DNA of 64,000 nucleotides from Dictyostelium discoideum (Eukaryota): NCBI GenBank assembly GCA_000004695.1, contig CM000154.2, positions 4,768,001 to 4,832,000 of the forward strand, read 5' to 3'. Shown piece by piece: positions 33,661 to 46,228 of this stretch (position 1 is its first letter; each line of letters starts with the position of its first letter). The notes under the pieces were generated by a model. It saw only the letters and a program-made list of their open reading frames with translations, ran no database searches and was not told where the DNA came from. The position numbers and the translations under genes were made by a program.

Positions 33661-33954
33661 TTTTTATTATATCTATTAGATTCTTTTTTATTATTTTATA
33701 ATAATTTAATAATAAAATTTGATTAATTATTAATTGGAAATTGATATTAGTTTGTTATAAATTTTATTAAATTATAATATCGTTTCTTAAAATATGAGTT
33801 TTTGCGGTAGTTTAATTTTTCACAAAATAGTTAAATTTCTTAGTTTTTTTTTCTCCGGTGGAGATTCTTTAATTTAAAAAAATAATAATAATAAAAATAA
33901 TATAAAATTAATTTAAAAAAGTAAAATTAAAATTAATTGGGAACCAAAATTATA

Positions 33955-33997
<43 letters not shown>

Positions 33998-34104
33998 TTA
34001 AAAAAAAAGTGTTAAAAAAATTTTGAAAGGTAAACTCAATTTATAATTTTTTTTTAATTGTAAACATATTATTTTATTTTTTTTAAATATTATAATGAGA
34101 TTGA

Positions 34105-35917
34105 TTATGATTCAAGTGGTTTATTAACATTATTAAATATTTTTACCTTAAATTCAATTGTTAATTTATCATCTTTAGTTAGCCAACCATTCTCTTGGGT
34201 AATTAAATTTGAATCTATAATATATGATCTTCCCCAACTCCAATCCCATTCCAAATCATCTATGTCTTTTAACTCTATTTTCGATTTTTTTTTTAAAAAA
34301 AAAAAAAATATTAGTTATTTTTTTTAAAATAATTCTTTAATTTAAATTAGTGATATTACTTTGCGTTTTAAATTTTATTGAATTTGTTTCATCCAAAACA
34401 TTAACCAATTTACAAATGAACTCAACATTTGTTCCTTCAATACTTTTACCCATCAAAAATATTGCAATTTTGTTTATTCTTGATAAACCATTTTGATAAA
34501 AAGAAAGATGAAATATATTTTGCAGAATATTGCACAGTGATTGGGATTTTAAAAAATTATTTTGATTAACTTGGAAAGATGGAGAATTTAATAAACTACC
34601 CTTTGGATTTTTTTTAACAATTTTTGAATAGTCTGAAATGATCCATTCGTTTTTGTATTTAAGTGCATTTAATGATAAAAGTTGGTCATTTTGTTTTTGA
34701 AGTTTATCACAAATAATTCTTGATAGTTCAAATTGTTTATTAAGGTTTTCTTGAGTTTTCTCTAATTGTTCAATCTTTTTAACAAGTTTATCACAAATAA
34801 TCTTTGACCGTTCATATTCTTTATAAAGATTTTCTTGGTTTTTCTCTGATTTTTCAATCGTTTTAACTAGTTTATCACAAATAATCTTTGATCTATTCTC
34901 ACCAATAATTCTTGATAATTCAAATTGTTTATTAAGGTTTTCTTGAGTTTTCTCTAATTGTTCAATCTTTTTAACATGTTTATCACAAATAATCTTTGAT
35001 CGATTCTCACAGATAACCTTTGATTGATCATATTCTTTATTAAGGATTTCTTGGTTCTTCTCTGATTGTTCAATCTTTTTAACAAGTTCATCTTGGATAT
35101 TATGTGATTGAATTAATTTTGAAGATAGTTTATCAATTAATATACCCATGAAATATTGATGATTTACATTATTTAAATGATTTTGTAACTCTGATCTCTT
35201 CATTTCAACTTTACAACCATATTCATAATATTTACATTGTATTGTTGAATTATTACAATCATTATTTATATGTGATTGAGTTTGATCTCTTTCAACCATA
35301 ATTGAACAACTTTGTGGACAGCCAATTGGAAATTTTGGACATTCATTATTATGGTTCTCTAATTCCTTTTGAATGGTATCATCACAAGCACAATATTTAC
35401 ATTTAACTAATTTGTAACCACATTGATTTTCATGTTCTTTCAATGAATTTAATCTTAAAACAACATCACATCCATTATGTGAACATTCAACAAATTTAAA
35501 TTTACAATTTTGTATATGTCTATCTAATTGATCTATATTTATTATTTCTTTACAACCATTCTCTTTATCTTTAACCAATGTTATATTTTCATCTAGATTT
35601 GCATAATCAATAAAATGATCATTATTGAATGAATAAATACAATAACATTCTTTTTTACCAAAACCTTGTTCAATTACTAAACATCTTGATAAATCATTGA
35701 TTGAATTTACTTTTGATCTACAAATCATACATTCTTTTTTAATTTTTAATGATTTCTCCCAACATTCTTTACATGCAAAATGACCGGATTTACATTGAAA
35801 AATTGATTTTTTATAAATAAATTCAAAACAAATTGGACATGAATATTTATTTTTCTTTTGTAATGATTCTATATTTAATAAAACATCATTTATTGTAAAT
35901 TTTGAATTTATTGACAT
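34105..35917 (-). CDS. TRAF-like protein (RING, TRAF Zn fingers, expanded coiled coil, MATH). Two exons: 34360..35917 and 34105..34274.
   Basis: The 526 aa ORF has a RING/TRAF-zf N-terminus. Its coiled coil contains three tandem copies of an about 40 aa unit ([30 protein letters not shown]). A GTAATA donor and an AAAATAG acceptor lead to the second MATH exon (K)[55 protein letters not shown]. Confidence 0.8.
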
Positions 35918-36189
35918 TCTTTGTTATAAAAAATTGAAAAAATAACCAATTAATTAAAAAAAAATTTAAAAATTAATAAAAAAATTAATTGGTAATTAAA
36001 ATAATAGTAACAATTCCAAAAAAAAAAAAAAAAATTTTAAAAAAAACAAACAAAAATATTAGAAATTTTCAATAAAAAAATATTAAAATAAAATATTAAT
36101 AAGTAATAAAAATAATAAAAATAATAATAATCAAAAATAATAATAATAATAAATAATAATAATTAAAAAAAAAAATAAAAAAAAAAAAG

Positions 36190-36480
36190 ATGTGGTTGTG
36201 TAAAAAATGAATTTTGTGTGGGTTGTTCAATTTTTAACACAAAAAACCAAAAAAAAGCTATTTTTAGGGATTACTTAATTGTATGTGTTAAAAATATTTT
36301 TTCAATATTTCCAGTTATTATTTCTCTTAAGAGAAATTGTGGGTGTAAAAAATATTTTTTTTTCTGTGTTGTTCAATTTTTAACACAAAAAAGTTTAAAA
36401 AACTAAAAAAGCTATTTTTAGGGATTGCTTAAAATTTTAAGTGTGTTATAAATATTTTTTCAATACTTGAATTATTATTT
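36190..36480. repeat. Direct repeat of two about 115 bp units (...gttcaatttttaacacaaaaaa...agctatttttagggatt...aatattttttcaata...), 0.3-0.6 kb upstream of the TRAF-like gene start at 35917.
   Basis: Two collinear copies, 36218..36330 and 36365..36478. Confidence 0.7.
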
Positions 36481-36806
36481 TTTTTATTTAAAAAAAATCT
36501 ATTTTGGGATTTTAAAAATAGAATAAACCCAAAAAAAAAAAAGTTATTTATTCATTCCCTAAAAAAAAAAACAAAAAAATAAAAAATTAAAAAAATAAAT
36601 GATATGTTATATTGGAGTGGTAAAACAAAAATACAATAAAAAAAAAAAAATGAGATAATTAATTTTAAAATTATTTTATTTTGTTTTTTTTTTTTTTTTG
36701 TTCTGAAGAAATAAACTTTTTTAATAAAATTTAATATTTTTAACTTGTAAGATTTTTAAATGGAATTATACTGGAAATTATAGAAGGGATATTGTGATTT
36801 TAATTA

Positions 36807-36841
<35 letters not shown>

Positions 36842-37094
36842 ATTAAATTGAGTTTTTCAAAACAAATAATCATAATATATTATTTTTTGGGTATTGAACA
36901 CGAAAAAAGAAACACCATTTTTATCAGTCATTAAGTAAGATAAAACGAAAATAATTATAAAAAAAAAAATGAATAAATGTTATAGATAATTAATGTTAGC
37001 TTTTTAAACAACAACTTTAGTTTTTAAATATTACAGTAATAATTCAAAAGTGAACATTTTATTTTATTTATTATAACAATATGGTGAGATTGAT

Positions 37095-37800
37095 ATGGGT
37101 TACGATTCAAATGGGTTAATAACATTATTAATTAATTTAACCTTAAATTTAATTGTAAGTTTATCATCTTTACTAAGACAACCATTCCCTTTGGTAATTA
37201 ATTTTGATTCAATAAAGTCTATACATCCCCAATTCCAATCCCATTCAATATTACCTATATTTTGTGACTCTATTATTGATTTTAAAAAAAAAAACTATTA
37301 GTTAATTTAAGAAATTATTTTTGAATTTAAATTAATTAAATTACCTTTTTGGAATTTCAATATTCTACTTTGGAGTTTAAATTTTTTTATTGATTTTGTT
37401 TTATCCAAAACATTAACTAATTTACAAATGAATCCAACATTTGTTCCTTCAATTCTTTTACCATACAAAAATATTGACATTATGTCCGTTGGGCCTCTGA
37501 ACCATTTGGGGAAATAGTAATTATAAATTCATTTGACTGAGTTTTGTTTTGGGGTTTTAAAAAATTATTTGTATTAATTTGGAACGAGGGAGATTTTAAT
37601 TCACTACCCTTTGGAAATTTTTGTAAAATTTTTGAATATTCTGAAATAGTCCATTTGTTTTTATATTGTAGTGAATTTAAAATTCTAATGGACTTGTAAT
37701 GTTATTTTTTCTTAAACAAGTATCATTCATTTCAGTAATTAATGATGAAAGTTCATCATTTTGTTTTTGAATTTTATTATTAAAAAAACAAACTTTTAAT
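37095..37800 (-). pseudogene. TRAF-like pseudogene fragment: an intact-looking second MATH exon plus a stop-riddled coiled-coil/MATH first-exon remnant. The RING/Zn-finger part is absent.
   Basis: Minus strand 37115..37285 reads IESQNIGNIEWDWNWGCIDFIESKLITKGNGCLSKDDKLTIKFKVKLINNVINPFES*. Upstream, 37340..37800 shows similarity to IISEYSKIL.../[13 protein letters not shown] with several in-frame stops. Confidence 0.65.
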
Positions 37801-38067
37801 TTAAATAATACAATTAATTTTTTTTAATTAAAAAGAATTTAAAAAAATAAATAATTAAAAAAAAACAGTGGTATATCTGGAGATCCATATTTATATATTT
37901 GATTTTTTTTTTGTTTTTTTTTTTAATTTTTTTTTTTTTTTGTTTGGAAATAATAAAAACTAGTTTCCCTTTTACAAATTTACTTTTTAATTATTTTTTA
38001 TTACCAATTTCATATTTTAATTTTATTTATCCTTTTTTTTTATTAATTATTGTTAAGTAATCTATAA

Positions 38068-38116
<49 letters not shown>

Positions 38117-38119
38117 TAA

Positions 38120-39682
38120 TTAATAAAATTCTTCTGTATAATATTTTTTATAAAATAATGATAAAGCTAAATCAAAATTATTTGAATTATCAGAGATTAA
38201 TTTTTCAATAGTTTGTTCCATTTTAACATTTGGATTAATTTTACTAAATTTGTCATTTAAAATATCATGAAATTTACTGTAGGTTGCATTTTGCATTGTT
38301 GAAACTTGATAAATTGTTTTAATATCACCAATGATTGGAATTATATCATCAAAAGTTGGAGCATACTCTTTTTCCATCCATTTAATTGCTTCTTCAATTG
38401 AATCTTTAATTAATGGATTAATAGTATCGAAATAGTCTTTTTGAATTGACTGTTTAATAAAATCATTTAAACCAAGTTGATTTAACGATTCTTCCAATGT
38501 TGAATTAAATTCATGGAATCCTAATGAGTGATATTTTCTTTTGCTTAATTTCACAGAAGCAATCTCTGCAGCTACAGCTTTTAATGAACCAACTAAATAA
38601 GGAGACCCAGTTTGATCCTCATCGAATCTTCTTTGAACATTATGACTATTACAAATTGGTAAAATTAAGAATGTATCTCTAACTGAATCACCAAACTTTC
38701 TAATATGACCACCAACGATCGGAGTCACTGGATTATGAATATTTTCATGTACTGGTGACTCTGTTTGAATTCTACAAGTTCTACCACTATCACAATTATT
38801 TGTAACAGATTCCCAAAATTTAACCCAACTTGATTCTCTTTTATCACTTGAAGTTCCGACTAAATTTACCAATTTTTTACCTCCAACACTCACTAACCTC
38901 AATACATCAGTTGATGGTTCATAATCACCTGCTTTAGCTTTTGGTTTAACACCCATTAATGAACTATCATTTTCATCAATTATTGTTGTTGTTGTTAATG
39001 TTGAATATTTTGGATCTGATCCCATTATAGTCTCCATTGCTTGAAAAACTTCTTTTGAAGTATGAGGACTACTAATAAGTTTTTCCCATTCTTCCATTGG
39101 TATTAATAATGAACTAATTAATTTAGTTGTTAGAATTTTAGTATCAGTAATTTCTTTTCCTTCTTCTTCCTCTTCATAAATATATTTATTTAAAATAAAA
39201 GCAACAAATTCAATTACTAATGATGATGCATCAATAGCTTGTTCAAACTTTTTCAAGTATTTACAAACTTTTTCAGGATCTTGTGGTTGTTCTGGGTCAG
39301 ATGGTTTTTTATGAATATCATCAGCAAACTTTTTTAATTTTTTAAAATATTCATTATTGTACATTTCATTTGACTTTTCATCAATTCTTCTTTTTAATAA
39401 ATTTATTAAAATTTCTCTAGATTTATTTTCAATATCGAATAAATCTGCTTCAATTTTTCTAAATGCTCTATCACCTAATTTCGATTTTAATTCAATTGCA
39501 TTTTGATTATTAATATCGATTCTACCATTTCTCATTATTGATGATATTGCGCTACTTGAAAGTACATCTACTAATATACGAGTAATTGCTGATTTAATTG
39601 CTAATTTAAGACCATATTTAAATGCTTCAATTGCAATCTTATCTCCGACACCTGCTTCAACTCCTGGGAATGGATATGACAT
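38120..39682 (-). CDS. Hypothetical protein, 520 aa, no recognisable domain. Single exon starting at a real ATG.
   Basis: The long ORF has non-repetitive composition that is not Asn/poly-tract rich and is relatively GC-rich for this genome. The start codon sits directly after a poly-A tract. The N-terminus MSYPFPGVEAGVGDKIAIEAFKYGLKLAIKSAITRIL is amphipathic. Confidence 0.6.
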   Translation of the reverse strand: MSYPFPGVEAGVGDKIAIEAFKYGLKLAIKSAITRILVDVLSSSAISSIMRNGRIDINNQNAIELKSKLGDRAFRKIEADLFDIENKSREILINLLKRRIDEKSNEMYNNEYFKKLKKFADDIHKKPSDPEQPQDPEKVCKYLKKFEQAIDASSLVIEFVAFILNKYIYEEEEEGKEITDTKILTTKLISSLLIPMEEWEKLISSPHTSKEVFQAMETIMGSDPKYSTLTTTTIIDENDSSLMGVKPKAKAGDYEPSTDVLRLVSVGGKKLVNLVGTSSDKRESSWVKFWESVTNNCDSGRTCRIQTESPVHENIHNPVTPIVGGHIRKFGDSVRDTFLILPICNSHNVQRRFDEDQTGSPYLVGSLKAVAAEIASVKLSKRKYHSLGFHEFNSTLEESLNQLGLNDFIKQSIQKDYFDTINPLIKDSIEEAIKWMEKEYAPTFDDIIPIIGDIKTIYQVSTMQNATYSKFHDILNDKFSKINPNVKMEQTIEKLISDNSNNFDLALSLFYKKYYTEEFY

Positions 39683-40226
39683 TTTTTTTTTTTTATATTT
39701 AATTAAATTATTTAATTATTTATTTATTATTATTATTTTTTATTAATAAAATTATAAAAAAAATTTTTTTTTTTTTTTTTTTTTATGTAAAAAATAAAAA
39801 AAAATAAAATAAAAGAGACTTTGGGGGATTCATTTTTTTTTTTTTTTTTTTTAAAATATCTTCGACAGCAAAGATAAACCGTTATTATAATAAAAAAAAA
39901 AAACGAAAAGAAAAATTTAAAAATATCTACCCTTCTTTTCTGAAAAAAAAAAAAATTGTTCGCTGATTGGCTAATTAATTCATGATGTTGATAATATCTT
40001 TTTTTTATTAGTTTTTAATATTATAAAATGAATGGCGTTTAAGGTTCAATGTGTTTTGAAAAAAAAAAAAAAATTAAAAAAAAAAATATAAAAAAAATAA
40101 AAAAAAAAAATAAAATAAAAATAAAAAAAAATAAAGCAATCACTTCCTTATATAAAAATATCTTTTTTTTTTTTATTTTATTTAATTTTATTTTTTTTTT
40201 TTTTTTTTTTTTAAAAAAACTAAAGT

Positions 40227-41405
40227 TTAATTGTGATAATCACTAATAACTATTAATTTTTTACCTTTTAATATTGGTACCAAACAAGTTTTATCTAAAA
40301 TTAAATTTGATTCATCAATTATAACCCAATCAAAATCATTTTTATCTTTTAAAAATTTATCTAATGAATTTATATTTGATGATGATAATATAATTCTTGA
40401 TTCATTAATAGTTTTATTAATTAATGATTTTTCTAATTTATTTAAATCCTTTTTTAAAGAAGTAATTTTTGAAATTGATGAATTTATATCAGACTTTTTT
40501 GAATCCAATGTATTATTAGCCAATTCAATTATATCTTGTTTAATTTGTTTAATTGATTTACCACCTTCACTATGTTTGATTTTATACTCTAATGAAATAT
40601 TTTTAATTTCGCTTGGACTACCAATTTTTGTAATTAATTCATTATTATTATTGTTATTATTTTTATCATCATACAAACTATTACAAATGAAATCAATTGA
40701 CTCGTTTGAAGAACTATATACTAATATTTTATTTTTATCATTTGATTTAATTAAATGTTTAATTATATCAGTTATTGTTTTAACTTTACATGTATTATTT
40801 GAATTATTAATTTTTATAATATCTTGATTATTATTAATAATATTATTTTCTAAATCTTTTAAAATTATTTCACTATTTTTAAATTGATCTTTAGTTGTGC
40901 AAATATTATCATTATTATTATCATCTTCGAATAAACTTTTATATTTTTCATAACCATTTACACCATTTAACGATTCTAATGTTTCTTTTAAAATTTTATT
41001 TTGATTTTCATTGAAATTAATTTTATCAATTGAAAATTTAATAAATGAATAATCTTCTTGTACCCATTTATATGGTTGTCCAAATGAACTGAATAAAGTT
41101 GGATCATCACAATCAATTGAAATTATAATTTTATTTGATTTAATTTTATAAATTTCACCAAATAATTGATAATTTATCATTTTGTTTGGTTTTGAACTTT
41201 GAAATCTTACACCAACAGAATCACCAATTTGAAATTCACAATCATTTTCAAATTGTAAATCACCACCATTTTCCATTACAAATTTTAAAAAAACTCTACC
41301 TAATAATCCAGTTGATCTTCCATCAATTAATACATTATTAATTATCATTTGACTATTAATTATTTGATCTCCTTTTTCACCATCAATTGATTGTTCGTTT
41401 TTCAT
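40227..41405 (-). CDS. Upf1/Sen1-like SF1 helicase N-terminal half with a degenerate Walker A. It is truncated right after motif II/III, so it is either a pseudo-helicase or a helicase-derived pseudogene.
   Basis: The C-terminus DWVIIDESNLILDKTCLVPILKGKKLIVISDYHN* aligns to the Upf1-family VIIDEaTQatEpEcLvPlvlGakqlILVGDhcQL. KILVYSSSNESIDFICNSL matches motif Ia (ILVCAPSNvAVD). The P-loop position reads NSNNTCKVKT instead of GPPGTGKT. No RecA2 motifs (IV-VI) follow. The ORF ends at a stop with no GT donor nearby. Confidence 0.55.
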   Translation of the reverse strand: MKNEQSIDGEKGDQIINSQMIINNVLIDGRSTGLLGRVFLKFVMENGGDLQFENDCEFQIGDSVGVRFQSSKPNKMINYQLFGEIYKIKSNKIIISIDCDDPTLFSSFGQPYKWVQEDYSFIKFSIDKINFNENQNKILKETLESLNGVNGYEKYKSLFEDDNNNDNICTTKDQFKNSEIILKDLENNIINNNQDIIKINNSNNTCKVKTITDIIKHLIKSNDKNKILVYSSSNESIDFICNSLYDDKNNNNNNNELITKIGSPSEIKNISLEYKIKHSEGGKSIKQIKQDIIELANNTLDSKKSDINSSISKITSLKKDLNKLEKSLINKTINESRIILSSSNINSLDKFLKDKNDFDWVIIDESNLILDKTCLVPILKGKKLIVISDYHN

Positions 41406-41428
41406 TTTTTATATTTTAATTTATTAAT

Positions 41429-41526
<98 letters not shown>

Positions 41527-41527
41527 C

Positions 41528-41619
<92 letters not shown>

Positions 41620-41640
41620 TTTGTTTATTTATATATTTTT
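41400..41640. repeat. (ATTT)n microsatellite of about 55 units with occasional (ATT) units, in the 5' region of the helicase-like ORF.
   Basis: Direct tetranucleotide array atttatttattt... Confidence 0.9.
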
Positions 41641-41807
41641 TAATGTTTTGATTTATTTTTTTTTTTTTTAATGTTTTGATTTATTTTTTTTTTTTCAATG
41701 TTTTAATTTATAAATTTTTTAAAAAAATTTTTTTTTTTAATTCCTATGACGGTAACTCCATTTCATCCAAATACCATCGAAATTTAAATAGACAATACCC
41801 AAATAAT

Positions 41808-41843
<36 letters not shown>

Positions 41844-42277
41844 CCCACTTTTTTTTAACTTGTTTTTTTAAGATTTGTTTTTGCTTGAAATTTTATATAT
41901 CCTTATATTTGGTACATTTTCAATATTTTCTAATGATTTTCTTTTTTTTTTAAAAAAAAAATAAGAGAAAAATTTGCAGCTAAAGAGATATAGCTTTTTG
42001 AATAAATGAAACAATTAATATTATTTTTTAATTTTTTTTTTTTATTTTACAAGATCCCAAAAATAGGTTTATAAATTTTATTACTTACTTGCAAGGTTGA
42101 AAAAAAAAAAAAAAATAAAAAAAATGATTGAGAATTATTAAGAAAATAATTGAAAACTAGTTGAACATTTAAATAGTTTGGAAAGATTTTTTTATTTATT
42201 TTTATATTTTTTTATAAAGTTGTAAAAATAGGGAAATACATGATTTTATCAATTTATGGTTTACAGTTTTTTAAGAT

Positions 42278-42471
42278 TTAAGACTCCAATGGTTCATATT
42301 CTTCATTTAAAATTTTAATATAAATTTCTATTATTAATTTATCATCATTACTTAACCAACCATTTTCTTTATTAATTAAATCAGATAATAAGAATTTTCC
42401 CCATCCCCATCCTTCTGAACTTATAAAAACTAAAATAAAAAATAAAAAAAAAATAATTTATTAGTAATTAA

Positions 42472-42551
<80 letters not shown>

Positions 42552-43798
42552 TTTTTGTATAAATTACCTTTTTTATCTTCTTTTTTTGTAATTGATTTTG
42601 ATTTATCCAAAACATTGACTAATGTAAATGAATATTCTACTTTTAATGAGTTTGGTTCTTCAATGTTATTAACTCTTAAATATAATGAAATGTACTCTTT
42701 ATTTTCATCACCTTTAGGATAAACACAAACTTGAAAAAGGTGAGAGAGTATTGACAACATTGGAGAGGACAATGCTTGACAATTTAATTTTGATTTTGCT
42801 ACACTTGAATAGTTTGAAATGATCCATTTATTTCTATACCCATTTGAACAAATATCCAAAGCCTTTGGAAGAACTTGTTTCTTTAAACATGCATCACTGA
42901 ATTTGATAACTAATAATGACAAATCTTCAATCTTTTTCAAAAGTTCATCATGAGTTTTCTTTGATTGGCCAACTTGATTTGTTAATTTTTCAATTAGAAT
43001 GCCCATGTAATTTTGATGATTCACTCTCTCCAAATGATTTTGTAATTCTGATCTCTTCATCTCAACTTTACAACCTTGTTCAAAATATTTACATGGTATT
43101 TGAGTATTACAACAATCATTTTCAATATGATCGATAATTGATTTCCTTTCAATTTTCACTGAACAACCTTGTGAGCAATCAATTGGAACCATAGGACATG
43201 TCTTATAATGAGTTTCTAATTCCTTCTTTTTAATATCATCCCTTTTACAGAAATCACATGTAACCAATTTGAAACCACATTCATTTTGATGAGATTCTAA
43301 CGAATTCATTCTTAAAATCTTTTCACATCCTTTGAATGAACATGTAACAAATTTATATTGACAATTGATTAAATGAGAATCAATTTGATCAACTTCAATT
43401 TTTTCTTTACAACCATTTTCTTCATCTTTTATTAATTTTCTTTGATTTTGGTCTGAGGCACCATCTGGTGGTGAACAATTTGTTCCACCTTCAACGATTT
43501 GTTCATTGAAAGAGTAAATACAACAACATTCTTTTTTATCAAATGCACGCTCTACCATCAAACATCTTGATAAATCATTATATGAATTCACTACTGATTT
43601 ACAAGTCATACATTCTTTTTTTGTTTCTAATGATTTCTCCCAACATTCTTTACATGCATGATGACCTGATTTACATTGATAAATTTGTTTTTTATAAATA
43701 AATTCAAAACAAATTGGACATGTATATTTATTTTTCTTTTGTAATGATTCTTGATTAAATAAAATATCATTAATTGTAAATTTTATATCAATTGACAT
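42278..43798 (-). CDS. TRAF-like protein (RING, TRAF Zn fingers, MATH). Two exons: 42568..43798 and 42278..42429.
   Basis: 445 aa ORF. Past the GGTAATT donor after ...KKEDKK(G) the ORF track reads into an intronic (TAT)n giving poly-Tyr. After a TTTTAG acceptor the second exon reads (V)[49 protein letters not shown]. Confidence 0.8.
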
Positions 43799-44454
43799 TT
43801 TTTTACAAAAATTATTAATAAAAAAAAAAAAAAAAATAATAATTATAAAAAATAAAAAATAATAATTATAAAAATAAATAATAAAAGATAATAATAAAAG
43901 AAATTAAAATAAAGAAAATAAAGAAATTAATATAAATAAAATAATAATAAAGAGAATAAAAAAAAAAAAAAAAAAAAAAATTTAAAAATAAATAATTAAT
44001 AATTTTTTTAATTTTAATTTTAATTTTAATAAACCATAAATAATTCTTAAATTGAGATAGAATAAACCAAAAATAAATTTTGGGGGTATGGTGGAGTTGT
44101 TAATGTGGTAAATTATTATTTTTATACATACAAAAAATAAGAAAAACTGATTTTTTTAAATTTATTACTATGTGTGTTCATGTGTGTTTGAGTGTGTTTG
44201 TAAATTCAACATGTGGTTTATTGGAACTCACACCCTAAAAAAAGTGATTTGAAAAAAAATAAAAAAATAATAATAAAAATAATAAACCAAAATTTTATAA
44301 AATTAAAAGTGATTTAAAAAAAAAGAAAAAAAAAAAAAAAAAAGAAATTATATTTGAACTGATGTAACAATTGATTCATTAAATACAAATAATAGTGATT
44401 CCATTTTCTTTGGTATTATAAAAAATAATAAAAAATAAAAATATTAATAAAACT

Positions 44455-44770
44455 AACTCAGGTTAAAAAAAATAAAAGAAGAGAAAATAAATTATTTTGT
44501 TTTTTTAACCACCAATGCTTTAATATAGATTCAATCAAAAAGGAATGGGGATTCTATTATGATAAAAAAAAAATAAAACAAAAGAAAATAAAAATATTTT
44601 GTTTTTTTAACCACCAATGCTTTAATATAGATTCAATCAAAAAGGAATGGGGGTTCTATTATGATAAAAAAAAAATTAACCCAAAGAAAATTAAAATATT
44701 TTGTTTTTTTAACCCCCAATGCTTTAATATAGATTCAATCAAAAAGGAATGGGGGTTTTTTTTTGGTTAA
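44455..44770. repeat. Three tandem copies of an about 120 bp unit (...ttttgtttttttaaccaccaatgctttaatatagattcaatcaaaaaggaatgggggttctattatgat...), 0.2-0.5 kb upstream of the cysteine proteinase ATG.
   Basis: Unit boundaries at about 44466, 44589 and 44700. The third copy is slightly diverged (aacccccaatg). Confidence 0.85.
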
Positions 44771-44962
44771 AAAAAAAAAAAAAAAAAAAAAATTTTGAAG
44801 TGTTAAATTTTATTTATATTTTTATTTATTTTTATTTTTTTTTATTTTTATTATTTTTGTTTTTAATTTTTTTTTTTTTTAATTAATTTTTTTTTTTTTT
44901 TTCCTTTTTTAATAAATTAATTTTTTTTTTTCTCATTATATTATATATGAAACATTAAAAAA

Positions 44963-45057
44963 ATGAAAGTTATATTATTATTTGTTTTAGCTGTTTTTAC
45001 TGTTTTTGTTTCAAGTAGAGGAATTCCATTAGGTTTGTAATTAACTATTATTTTAGA

Positions 45058-45126
<69 letters not shown>

Positions 45127-46169
45127 TAAAAAATAATAAAAAAAATGTTTTTAACAATTTTTTTTTTTATTTTTTTTTATTTTTATTTTTATTTTTTTAA
45201 AATAATTAAAAGAAGAACAAAGTCAATTCCTTGAATTTCAAGATAAATTCAATAAAAAATATTCACATGAAGAATATTTGGAAAGATTTGAAATTTTTAA
45301 AAGCAATTTAGGAAAAATTGAAGAATTAAATCTAATAGCCATTAATCACAAAGCTGATACTAAATTTGGTGTAAACAAGTTTGCAGATCTTTCCAGTGAC
45401 GAATTTAAAAATTATTATTTAAATAATAAGGAAGCAATATTCACTGATGACCTTCCAGTTGCTGATTATCTTGATGATGAATTCATTAATTCAATTCCAA
45501 CTGCATTTGATTGGAGAACTAGAGGTGCTGTTACACCTGTAAAAAATCAAGGTCAATGTGGTAGTAAGTAATTTTTATATACTATTTTATATATATATTC
45601 TCTCTTATATTATATTAACTAATAAAAATTAATTTTTTAAAAATAATAATAATAATAATAATATCATTTGATAGGTTGTTGGTCATTTTCAACTACTGGT
45701 AATGTTGAGGGACAACATTTCATTAGTCAGAATAAATTAGTTTCATTATCAGAGCAAAACTTGGTAGATTGTGATCATGAGTGTATGGAATATGAAGGTG
45801 AACAAGCTTGTGATGAGGGTTGTAATGGTGGTCTTCAAGTATGTATAAAATAATAATAAAATAAACCAATATAACATACCAATAATTAAATACTGATACT
45901 GATACTAATTAAAAATTAATATTATTATTAGCCAAATGCATATAATTATATCATTAAAAATGGTGGAATTCAAACAGAATCTTCATATCCTTACACTGCT
46001 GAAACAGGTACACAATGTAACTTTAACTCTGCCAATATTGGTGCAAAGATTTCCAATTTTACAATGATCCCAAAGAATGAAACTGTAATGGCTGGGTACA
46101 TCGTTAGTACTGGACCACTCGCAATTGCTGCTGATGCTGTTGAGTAAGTTTTTAAAATTTTAACTTTGA

Positions 46170-46228
<59 letters not shown>

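Noticed and set aside
38120-41405. Possibility that the 520-aa ORF is the missing C-terminal (RecA2) half of the helicase-like ORF 40227..41405.
   Set aside because: The 520-aa protein contains none of the SF1 motifs IV-VI (no QGxE, no LTRA-like arginine finger region). The helicase ORF ends at a true stop with no donor site.
42461-42560. Poly-Tyr C-terminus (Y x 30) of the TRAF-like ORF 42461..43798 and poly-Ile tail of ORF 49183..54036.
   Set aside because: Both are intronic (TAT)n/(AAT)n read past a canonical GTAATT donor. The real proteins continue in a downstream exon.
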